DNA from: Phycisphaeraceae bacterium
GTDB lineage: Bacteria; Planctomycetota; Phycisphaerae; Phycisphaerales; Zrk34
Direction of reading: 5' to 3'
Length of the DNA: 64,000 bases
Assembly (NCBI GenBank): GCA_040905565.1
Contig: JBBDRF010000092.1
Span: forward strand, 96,001-160,000
Below, piece after piece: positions 28,966 to 37,415 of this stretch. A program made the position numbers and the translations under genes. The notes below the pieces were generated by a model. That model searched no databases. It saw only the letters and a list, made by a program, of their open reading frames with translations, and was not told where the DNA came from. Each line of letters starts with the position of its first letter. Position 1 is the stretch's first letter.

Positions 28966-31296
28966 ATGAAACGATGGCAGACGTTGGCGGTGTGCACGGT
29001 GATGATGTGGTCGGTGCTGTGCGGTTCGGCGGTTCATGCACAGGCCTCGGAGGGATGGGCGCCGGCGGAGACGCCGTTGATGACGCCCTGGGGCGAGCAG
29101 GTGGATCCGGAGAATGTCTGGCCGGAGTACCCGCGGCCGCAACTGGTGCGGGAGCGGTGGGCGAATCTCAACGGTCTGTGGGAATACGCGATCACGGACT
29201 TCCGTGCCGATGAGCCCGAGGAGTTTGAAGGCGAGATTCTGGTGCCGTTCGCCGTGGAGGCGGCTCTGAGCGGTGTCGGGCAGAGGGTCGGGGCTGACCA
29301 GCTGCTGTGGTATCGGCGGACGTTTGAGAAGCCGGAACTGGAGCGCGACGGTCGGCTGCTGCTGCACTTCGGGGCAGTGGACTGGCAGACCGTGGTGTGG
29401 GTGAACGGGGTGCGCGTGGGTGAGCATCGCGGCGGGTACAGCCCGTTCAGCTTTGACGTCACGGGGGCGCTGACCGACGCGGATGAGCAGGAAATCGTGG
29501 TCCGGGTGTGGGACCCGTCCGATGCGGGTTCGCAGCCTCGCGGCAAGCAGGTGCGCAATCCCCAGGGCATCTGGTACACGCCCGTCACCGGCATCTGGCA
29601 GACGGTATGGCTGGAGCCGGTGGGGCGGTCGTCGATTGAGCAGGTGCGTGTGACGCCGGACGTAGAGGGGGATGCGGTGCACGTGGCGTTGAACGTTCGC
29701 GGGCCGCGGCAGGGGCACTCGGTGCGCGTGGCGGCGATGGCAGATGGCGAGACGGTCGCCGTGGCCGAGTTCCCCGCGACGCAGCGGGAGGTGACGTTAA
29801 AACTGGATGAGCCGCGCCTGTGGTGGCCGGACGCTCCGTTCCTCTATGACCTGACGGTGGAGTTGACGGGGGACGGTCAGCGCGTTGACCGAATCGAAAG
29901 CTACTTCGGCATGCGGAGCATCGAAATGGCTGAGGCCGAGGATGGTCATCTCCGTATGATCCTCAACGGCGAAGCGGTGTTTCAGTACGGCCTGCTTGAC
30001 CAGGGGTGGTGGCCGGACGGACTCTACACCGCGCCGAGCGACGAGGCATTGCGTTACGACCTGCAGTTCACGAAGGATGCCGGCTTCAACATGCTGCGTA
30101 AGCATGTGAAGGTTGAGCCGGCGCGGCTCTACTACCACGCGGACAGGATGGGGTTGCTGGTGTGGCAGGACATGCCGAATCCGATGCTCGCGGGTCAGCA
30201 GGACCGGCATGCCGTCGGGCCCGACGATCCGGAGGACGCAACCTTCACGCCCCAGGAGCGGCTGCAGTTTCATGCGGAACTGCGGGAGATGATCGATTCG
30301 CTGTACAACCATCCGTCGATCGTGGTGTGGGTGCCGTTCAACGAAGGTTGGGGTCAGCACGAGACGAATGAGGTTTTGGAGTGGGTGATGGATTATGACC
30401 CGACGCGATTGGTCGGCGGGCCGAGCGGCTGGATCGACCGCGGCGTTGGGCACCTCAAAGACATGCACAGCTATCCGGGGCCGAGCATGTTCCCCGCGAT
30501 GGACGACCGCATTTCTGTGCTGGGCGAGTTCGGCGGGCTGGGGTGGCCCGTTGAGGGGCACCTGTGGCAGCCGGATCAGAACTGGGGCTATCGCACGTAT
30601 CACAGTCAGGACGAGTTGCGTGAACATTACACCGAACTGATGGAGCAACTCCCGGCGATGATCGGCGAGGGGCTGGCGGCGGCGGTGTATACGCAGACGA
30701 CGGACGTAGAGATCGAGGTCAACGGCCTGGTGACGTATGACCGTCGGCGGGTGAAGCTGCCGGTCGATGAACTCGCGGAACTGCATGCGCCGCTTTACGC
30801 GCCGCCGCCGGTGCTCCGGACACTGGTGCCGACGGGGGATCAGGAGCCGCAGGTCTGGCGTTACACGACGGACGAGCCGGCGGAGGACTGGTACGAACTC
30901 GACTTCGACGCGAGCGATTGGACGACCGGCGAATCTGGTTTCGGTACGGAGGACACGCCCAATACCACGGTGCGGACAGAGTGGGACACGAGCGAAATCT
31001 GGATGCGCCGCGCGTTCGTGCTCGACGAAGAGCCGGCCGACGATGAGAAAGTGCTTCTGCGGCTGTTCCACGACGAGGACACGCAGGTCTATATCAATGG
31101 CGTACTCGCGGCGGAGCTGACGGGCTGGACCAGCCGTTACGTGCTGGTGTCGATTCGGGATCAGGCTCGCGAGGCATTGCGCGAGGGGCGGAACACGATC
31201 GCGATCCGCTGCGAGCAGACGGATGGTGGACAGTACATTGATGCGGGCCTGGTCAAGATTCAGCCGCGGGACGTGCCCGTCTTAGAGCGACCTTGA
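28966..31296 (+). CDS. Glycoside hydrolase family 2 with C-terminal galactose-binding-like domain
   Basis: PEYPRPQ, NLNGLW, LLHFGAVDW, GIWQTVWLE, LDQGWWPDG, RKHVKVEP, WVPFNEGWGQ, LGEFGG, YTQTTDVE; signal peptide from ATG 28966; TTGTTT-N17-TAGGTT upstream. Confidence 0.93.
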   Translation: MKRWQTLAVCTVMMWSVLCGSAVHAQASEGWAPAETPLMTPWGEQVDPENVWPEYPRPQLVRERWANLNGLWEYAITDFRADEPEEFEGEILVPFAVEAALSGVGQRVGADQLLWYRRTFEKPELERDGRLLLHFGAVDWQTVVWVNGVRVGEHRGGYSPFSFDVTGALTDADEQEIVVRVWDPSDAGSQPRGKQVRNPQGIWYTPVTGIWQTVWLEPVGRSSIEQVRVTPDVEGDAVHVALNVRGPRQGHSVRVAAMADGETVAVAEFPATQREVTLKLDEPRLWWPDAPFLYDLTVELTGDGQRVDRIESYFGMRSIEMAEAEDGHLRMILNGEAVFQYGLLDQGWWPDGLYTAPSDEALRYDLQFTKDAGFNMLRKHVKVEPARLYYHADRMGLLVWQDMPNPMLAGQQDRHAVGPDDPEDATFTPQERLQFHAELREMIDSLYNHPSIVVWVPFNEGWGQHETNEVLEWVMDYDPTRLVGGPSGWIDRGVGHLKDMHSYPGPSMFPAMDDRISVLGEFGGLGWPVEGHLWQPDQNWGYRTYHSQDELREHYTELMEQLPAMIGEGLAAAVYTQTTDVEIEVNGLVTYDRRRVKLPVDELAELHAPLYAPPPVLRTLVPTGDQEPQVWRYTTDEPAEDWYELDFDASDWTTGESGFGTEDTPNTTVRTEWDTSEIWMRRAFVLDEEPADDEKVLLRLFHDEDTQVYINGVLAAELTGWTSRYVLVSIRDQAREALREGRNTIAIRCEQTDGGQYIDAGLVKIQPRDVPVLERP

Positions 31297-31386
31297 ACCG
31301 CCAGCTAGTACACCGCAATGATCAGCAAACTCGTGATAGTCACAAGACGCTCTGCTGTGGGCCCGTCGCCGCGCCTGCCGTGGCGC

Positions 31387-31821
31387 TTACTGGGTGACTA
31401 TAGCCGGCGTGCGGGATGAGCGGACGGCGTCGACCGACCAGAGTGTGTCCAGTTCGCGCAACAGGTACAAGGCGATGCAGGCAGCGAGCATCGGCCAAGC
31501 TGCGAAAAACAGGAGATTGTCCCACGCGTTGATGTACTGCTGATAGGAACTGAACGTTGAGACGCCATGCATCAACAACACGAGTCCGTAGCTGACACGC
31601 CTGAAAAAGCCAGCGACGAACGCAAGCACGATGACGAGTTGCACAGCGCCGATGAGGTAGAACGCTGCGGAGCCGAGTCCCTCGAGCATGTAGAAGTTGG
31701 CCGCAACCGCTGCCGCGTGGTCGGGGTTGACGAGCTTGTCCAGCGTCCACATGATCATCACGATGAATACGCCGATGCGCAGTAGCAGTAGAGAGAGCTT
31801 GAGCCGGGTCTGTGTCGTCAT
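31387..31821 (-). CDS. DoxX family membrane protein
   Basis: LLLLRIGVF..MWTLDKL, four TM segments, NLLFFAAWPML, WSVD. Confidence 0.8.
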   Translation of the reverse strand: MTTQTRLKLSLLLLRIGVFIVMIMWTLDKLVNPDHAAAVAANFYMLEGLGSAAFYLIGAVQLVIVLAFVAGFFRRVSYGLVLLMHGVSTFSSYQQYINAWDNLLFFAAWPMLAACIALYLLRELDTLWSVDAVRSSRTPAIVTQ

Positions 31822-31866
31822 CAGGTCTGCCTTCGAACAGGGGCTTAGTTCTTCGCTCGCGGTTCA

Positions 31867-32223
31867 TCAAAATGTGATGATCTGGTAGCCGTCCTGCATG
31901 AGCTGCCGAAAGCTCGGGTGGCCTTGGTTTTCCGTTGCGTAATTGAGCCCTTCAGCTTCGACCGCATCGGTTGCTTTGAAGGCCTTGGCGCAGTACTCGC
32001 AGACGCCGTCGATCCGGTCACGTGTCTGTTGGTACAACCCGTGGTATTTGTGGTCGGGCTTCGACAGTTCCGCAATCCACTGAACGCCGGCCCCATCCAG
32101 AATGAGCTTCACATCGTCGCCTGCGTTCTTGAATTCCTGAACCGCCGTCAGCGCGTTCGCCATGCGTCCCATCGCTTCAAGGCCCTCGGTTCCCGCCAAC
32201 AAAACTATCGCTGCTTTACTCAT
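31867..32223 (-). CDS. DsrE/DsrF-like protein
   Basis: GRMANAL, DVKLILDGAGV, VCEYCAKAF, GHPS...GYQIITF. Confidence 0.85.
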   Translation of the reverse strand: MSKAAIVLLAGTEGLEAMGRMANALTAVQEFKNAGDDVKLILDGAGVQWIAELSKPDHKYHGLYQQTRDRIDGVCEYCAKAFKATDAVEAEGLNYATENQGHPSFRQLMQDGYQIITF

Positions 32224-32287
32224 GGTTCAAGTCCCTGAAGAGATTGCTGAAAATGCGTCGCAATCGGAGTGCCCGGATTGTCCGCGG

Positions 32288-33286
32288 TTATTCGCCCTGA
32301 CCGTAAATTGTCGTCTCGGGGTGGAATGCCACCCACGCGAACCAGAAGGTATGAATCACGCGTGCCTCGTCGGGTAGCTCGACGACGCGGATATGATCAC
32401 GCTCGTTGCTGATTTCCAGCACCAGTCGCTCACCGGCTATGGCTTCCTCGATGCGCCCGTCGGGTGCCGAAGCGATCGCCTCCAGAGGATAAGCCCGGGC
32501 GACGTCACCGATCTGCACGCCGACCAGAGGCTGTTTTTCTCCGAGGCGTCTGTCATCGCTTTGCTTGACGGGAAACATCAGGGTGTCGCCTTGGAAGTAA
32601 TGCTCGTAAGGGTTGCGGCTGTACTGCCGCGCGTAGCCGGTATCAAATGTCGCCACCGTGGCGTCTGGGTGGTCAGCTTCCCACTGGGCGAACGTGGTCA
32701 ATTCGAACGGCAGATGCTTGAGCGGCTGGCCCGCGTACGGGCCACTGACGGCTTCGAACCCGATCTGCGACCACAATGCGTCATGTGTGCGATCGTAAAG
32801 CAGCACGTTCGAGTTGTAGAGCAAACCACTGATGCCGAACTCCAGCACTTCCCCGTTCATGCGGCGGTCGAACACGCTCGCCGAATCGCAAAGCGGACAG
32901 TACGTCACGGCGAACGGCGTCTCGCCGAGTTGATCGTTGACCGCCTCGTGCCAATTGAGCAGGCGGATCGGGTACGCGCGTGATTCGCCTTCGATTGTTA
33001 TAGCCACCATACGATCGGTCGGCTCAAGGAAGTCGACCTCCGAAACACGGGCCACATCGGGATCGGTGATCGCAGGAATGGCATCCTTAGACGGCCCGCC
33101 GGAACGGATCTCGTCACGTGGAATGCGAAGGTCGTCGAGATTAAACTGCTCCGCGATCGCGCCAGCGTCGGTCGGCCTCGGCTGAGCTGTCACGTTCTCC
33201 TCGCCAAGCTTGGCGATGATGCTGAGCATCAAGAGACCTACCGCAACCGTAGCGAAACTCACCGCAAGCAATGTCTTCATCCGCAT
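32288..33286 (-). CDS. DUF3179 domain-containing protein
   Basis: GGPSKDAIPAI, RAYP..LLNWHEAVND, VTYCPLC, FGISGLLYNSNVLLYDR, LWSQ, FWFAWVAFHPET; GGGAGG RBS. Confidence 0.9.
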   Translation of the reverse strand: MRMKTLLAVSFATVAVGLLMLSIIAKLGEENVTAQPRPTDAGAIAEQFNLDDLRIPRDEIRSGGPSKDAIPAITDPDVARVSEVDFLEPTDRMVAITIEGESRAYPIRLLNWHEAVNDQLGETPFAVTYCPLCDSASVFDRRMNGEVLEFGISGLLYNSNVLLYDRTHDALWSQIGFEAVSGPYAGQPLKHLPFELTTFAQWEADHPDATVATFDTGYARQYSRNPYEHYFQGDTLMFPVKQSDDRRLGEKQPLVGVQIGDVARAYPLEAIASAPDGRIEEAIAGERLVLEISNERDHIRVVELPDEARVIHTFWFAWVAFHPETTIYGQGE

Positions 33287-33386
33287 CGCAAGGCCTCCCA
33301 TTTTGTGTCTGCCGTTAGGGTGCCCGGACAGGCCGCCATTAATGCCAGCGAAGCTTCGGCATTCGTATTGTGCCCCGAGGGGCCGC

Positions 33387-33416
33387 GTTTGTTCCCGCTA
33401 AGTTTGTTCCCGTTAA
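33387..33416. repeat. 15-bp tandem direct repeat in a divergent promoter region
   Basis: GTTTGTTCCCGCTAA followed by GTTTGTTCCCGTTAA (one mismatch); overlaps the palindrome CCGTTAACGG at 33410-33419. Confidence 0.8.
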
Positions 33417-33518
33417 CGGTAAAATCTTCGCTCGGGGCGAAATATCCGTCAGAGGGGGCGGCACTACAAACCGGGTCACCGGGAACCACATGTATGCTCA
33501 CACAAGAGGCGACACGGC

Positions 33519-34688
33519 ATGCGATACCAGATTCACACGCTTATTGGAGGCTTGATGCTGAGCGTCATGACTTTCACATCAACGCACACGCACGCCGATG
33601 AGCCGGCTCCCGCGTCAGAGATTTTCGAACGGCTCCGCTCCCATACCTTTCATCCTGTGGATGATCGTAGCTTCACCATCGATCGTGAACTGCGTCAGCA
33701 CGGCATTGCCGACCTGCACGACCCGGATTGGAAGCTGCGGCTTCTGGCGGTGCGCGATCTCGTGCGCGCGGGGCCATCCGCGGTGCCTGGTATCGTTAAG
33801 GGGCTGCGTGATGAGAGTGTGCAGGTGCGGTGCGTCGCGGCCACAGTGCTGGGGATTCTGGGTGCTGAACAAGCGGTAGAGGACCTTGAGCGCGTGGTGC
33901 GGGAGGATGATAACCCGCTCGCCAGATCGTCGGCGGTCGTCGCGCTCGGCCAGATCGAATCCGAAAGTTCACTGGAATTGCTTCGGGATCGCGCGGAGAA
34001 CGATTCCTCCGTCGATGTACGCCACCAGGCGAAGCTGTCGATCGATCAGATCGAAAAACAGATGGGGTCGACCGGCGCTCTTCGCCGGGCCTACCGCGAT
34101 CTCGACCCGGCGACATTCGGCCGCGTGGCCGCAGGCGAGCCGGCGCCGGATTTCACGCTGCCCGACACCGAAGGCGAAATCTGGCGTCTGACCACTGTGC
34201 CGGACGATCAGTGGGTTGTGCTGATCTGGGTCTTCGCTGACTGGTGCCCGGTATGTCATGGTGAGTTCCATGAACTCATTGAGCTGCGCGACGAATTTGA
34301 GCAGGCAAACGTTTCTGTGGCCACCATCGAGTGTCACGACCTCTACCGCAGCCGCGTCATGGTCGGCAAAGAAGTTGATCCTGACTATCGTTTCGCTCCG
34401 GAGTCGTTTCAGGAAACCTACACCCAGAAGATCTGGTGGCCACATCTGCTGGACCGCGCCGGCGCGGTCGGGGCGACCTACGGCGTCGATCCAATGGCCT
34501 ACGCCGTACATGCAGAATACATCAATCGACCGGCCACGATCATCATTGACCCGCAGGGAACCGTTCGGCTCGCCTACTTCGGCACGTTCTGGGGCGATCG
34601 ACCTTCCATGGAACATGTGCTGAATATGATCCGCACCGAGCAGTTCGAGTTTCAGCATCCGCAACGCCGGCTCACACCCACCGACTGA
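33519..34688 (+). CDS. Secreted HEAT-repeat plus AhpC/TSA redoxin fusion
   Basis: Signal peptide, HEAT-like repeats, GEPAPDFTLPD, ADWCPVC, RPATIIIDPQG. Confidence 0.85.
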   Translation: MRYQIHTLIGGLMLSVMTFTSTHTHADEPAPASEIFERLRSHTFHPVDDRSFTIDRELRQHGIADLHDPDWKLRLLAVRDLVRAGPSAVPGIVKGLRDESVQVRCVAATVLGILGAEQAVEDLERVVREDDNPLARSSAVVALGQIESESSLELLRDRAENDSSVDVRHQAKLSIDQIEKQMGSTGALRRAYRDLDPATFGRVAAGEPAPDFTLPDTEGEIWRLTTVPDDQWVVLIWVFADWCPVCHGEFHELIELRDEFEQANVSVATIECHDLYRSRVMVGKEVDPDYRFAPESFQETYTQKIWWPHLLDRAGAVGATYGVDPMAYAVHAEYINRPATIIIDPQGTVRLAYFGTFWGDRPSMEHVLNMIRTEQFEFQHPQRRLTPTD

Positions 34689-34812
34689 TCGCCGCAACTT
34701 CCGTCGGTCAGGCTGACCAAACCTCTTCAGGCGGAAAAAGCCAGACTCCCTCCGTCTGCCGCCGGCGGGATAGGCTTTCGCACTGTCGCGCGATCGGGCT
34801 TTGAAGCAGAAG

Positions 34813-37341
34813 CTAGTCAGGGGCGTCGGCGTCGATGACTTCTGCGGGGAGGAGTAGGTCGTGCACTGTGGGAGCGAGGTAGGGGGGAACGGTCATGAGC
34901 AGCCGCTGACCTTGGCTGTTTTCGAACTTCCAGATTTTGCCGTCCTGTCCGGCTGGGACGGGGATGCTGAAGAAGCCGTCTTCTTTTTCGCTGAAGTCAT
35001 AGGCGATTTCGCCGTCGCCGCTGCGCACGAGGCCGGAGAGAGGCGGTGACCAGGCGGCGATGCGGGAGGCCCATCCGCCGACGAGTTCCGTGCCGCGGGG
35101 CACATAAAAGTAGAGCGTCCACGCTCCGCGAAAATGTTCGGTGACGCCGGTCGTTGTGATGCCCGATTCGACCGTCACCCGCATATCGTCGGGCCAGTCG
35201 AGGCGGGTGTGATCGGCTCCGTCGGTGATCTCCAGCCGATGCAGTCCGTCGAAGGACGAGTTCAGGGTGACGTCGTACCGCTCGCCGTCGGGCTTAACGG
35301 CGTCGCTCTCGTCGACGGCTTCCGCGTGCACCTGCTTGGGGGAGAAGAGTTTGATGCGGTGAGGCTGGGTGTCCCAAACTTTCTGGACCGTGACGCTGAG
35401 CGGCAAGGGGCCGGGCTCGTCGAGCCAGAGCCAGTAGTGTTGCCGTTCCTGCGGATGGGTGGGCCAGGAGCCCGGCTGGGCGACCTCTTCTAGCCGGAGG
35501 GGTTCGGCGGCGGGGCGGAGGTCGTCGCTGTATTGAGTGGTCTGGAAGTCGACTTCGACGGGCTGATTTTCTGCGATGCCTTGGTCGAGCATCTCCGTGA
35601 GTTCTGCGGTTTCGAAGGGGCGATCGTCGTGGAGGGGATGGTCCTGCTGGTGTGCGGCATCCTGGCCGATAAGCCGGGCCCAGATGCCGTAGCTATGGAC
35701 CATCATCGTTTCACGCATGCGGTAGGTGTGGGCAAGCAGCTGATCGCGGGCGGGTTCTTTGGATTCGCCTGTTGCGTCGGCGTAATCGTGGTAGAGCTCG
35801 ACGTAGCGTGTGTAGAGGAGCAAGTCGTTGAGCCGTTGGAGCACGGCGGGGTTGTCAGTGGCGCGCTCGCGTGCATGGGCAAGATGGCGATACATCCGGC
35901 CGAGGAGGTCTGAGTGCGAGCGGCGTTGATCATCACGGGTGATGAGGTTGTAGAAGGCGGCCATGGGCTCGGTTGCGGGGGCGAAGCAGTCGTTGATGAA
36001 ATGCTCGATGAGGTCCTCGCGCTGCTCGGCCTCGTCGACGTCCCAGAGAACGCGGCCGGCGAGGTAGTAGCCGAGGCCGTAGGGGCCCCATGCGTCGCCT
36101 GACTCGGCATCGAAGAAGCGAGCGCCGTCGTCGTGGAAGCTGCTGATGCGGCGGGTGAGATTCTCTACCTGTCCGGCACGCGCTCGGCCAGGAAGGTTCC
36201 AATCCCACACGATGACGCTGAAATAGTCGTAGATGCCGAGCGTGGCGCCGCGTTCGCGCCAACCTTCGACGATCTGGTCAAGCGTATAGCCGCCCCTTAG
36301 AAAGCCGGTGGCGACGGAGATGATGACATTGGGATGGGCGTCGATGCTGGGGGGCGGCGAGTGCTGGTTGTAGGCGTACATGCCGACGTATTTGGTGCCG
36401 TGCTCGAGGTTGTTGATCGCCTGGGCGACTTCGTTGGCGAGGGTGAGGGCTTGGTCGCTGACGCTGCCGATGTCGGCGCACTGTTCGCATTCGCACCAGT
36501 TGCCGCCGTCGCTGGGGTCCATTGAAACGCTGTCGACGGAAGGGTCGGCCTCGACCTGCTTCACCGCGTCGGCGACGACGAGTTGGCGTAGGGCGACATT
36601 GCTGATGCAGAACTTGAGATCGCCGCCGGTGCTGCGTCGATCGCCGTTGTTGAGCGCGAAGAATTCAGGGTTGGCATCGAACGCTTCGCGGTTTCGCTGG
36701 ATGATGCCGCCATAGGCGTGGCCGCTGTTGAGGGAGAAGCCTTGCACGACGCGGTTGCGTTGAGTCCACTGGCGGTAGGGTTCTTCGTTGTAGCCCCACA
36801 AGCCCCAGTTGTACCAGATGCGGCGGGCGTGGAAGTCGGGGCGCTGGGTTGTGTCGACCTGAAGAGCCAACCGCTCATGACGGGGGATGATTTCCCAGGT
36901 GTCGCCCGGGAAATACTGCCGATGGCCCAGGCGATGGAGCACGTCCCACACCGCATGGCGCACGGCGAGGTCTGTGGCGCCTATCAGCCAAAGGCCCGCG
37001 TCGCCGCTTCGCAGGACGTATGCTTCGCGGTCGAAGGGGCCAACGTGGAATTCGTCCTGCACGTCGATGCTGTGCTCGAAGTCGCCTGGCCGGCCCAGCA
37101 CAATTCCCTCCGCGCCGTCGCCTTCTTTTACGGCGAACGTGGCTCCGCTCAACTGGCTGAGGTAGTCGGCGAGGGTGGCGGCGGCATCGCGCACGGCGTC
37201 CGAAGCATCCTCCGCGACGACCACGGAGAGCTTCGCCTGGCCGTCCTCTGCGAGCAATGCTTCGTTCCCGAACGCTTCGCCGGCTGTGCAGGTGAGGGCG
37301 AGCAGGGTGAGGACCAGAGCAGGGAGCATGTGTTGCCTCAT
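34813..37341 (-). CDS. DUF4838 domain-containing secreted protein (GH-like)
   Basis: AAATLADYLSQLSGATF, EAYVLR, LGHRQYFPG, PEFFAL, FCISN, SMDPSDGGNWCEC, YAYNQHS. Confidence 0.75.
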   Translation of the reverse strand: MRQHMLPALVLTLLALTCTAGEAFGNEALLAEDGQAKLSVVVAEDASDAVRDAAATLADYLSQLSGATFAVKEGDGAEGIVLGRPGDFEHSIDVQDEFHVGPFDREAYVLRSGDAGLWLIGATDLAVRHAVWDVLHRLGHRQYFPGDTWEIIPRHERLALQVDTTQRPDFHARRIWYNWGLWGYNEEPYRQWTQRNRVVQGFSLNSGHAYGGIIQRNREAFDANPEFFALNNGDRRSTGGDLKFCISNVALRQLVVADAVKQVEADPSVDSVSMDPSDGGNWCECEQCADIGSVSDQALTLANEVAQAINNLEHGTKYVGMYAYNQHSPPPSIDAHPNVIISVATGFLRGGYTLDQIVEGWRERGATLGIYDYFSVIVWDWNLPGRARAGQVENLTRRISSFHDDGARFFDAESGDAWGPYGLGYYLAGRVLWDVDEAEQREDLIEHFINDCFAPATEPMAAFYNLITRDDQRRSHSDLLGRMYRHLAHARERATDNPAVLQRLNDLLLYTRYVELYHDYADATGESKEPARDQLLAHTYRMRETMMVHSYGIWARLIGQDAAHQQDHPLHDDRPFETAELTEMLDQGIAENQPVEVDFQTTQYSDDLRPAAEPLRLEEVAQPGSWPTHPQERQHYWLWLDEPGPLPLSVTVQKVWDTQPHRIKLFSPKQVHAEAVDESDAVKPDGERYDVTLNSSFDGLHRLEITDGADHTRLDWPDDMRVTVESGITTTGVTEHFRGAWTLYFYVPRGTELVGGWASRIAAWSPPLSGLVRSGDGEIAYDFSEKEDGFFSIPVPAGQDGKIWKFENSQGQRLLMTVPPYLAPTVHDLLLPAEVIDADAPD

Positions 37342-37415
37342 ATCCGCGGCCTTCCGTTGGTTTCGGGTTCGATGATGACGAGGGTCTGCCGATCCTGACG
37401 TTGATGGAACGGGTG

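Noticed and set aside
32288..34688. Selenoprotein possibility for DUF3179 and the redoxin
   Set aside because: Both redox motifs are ordinary CxxC with no in-frame TGA.
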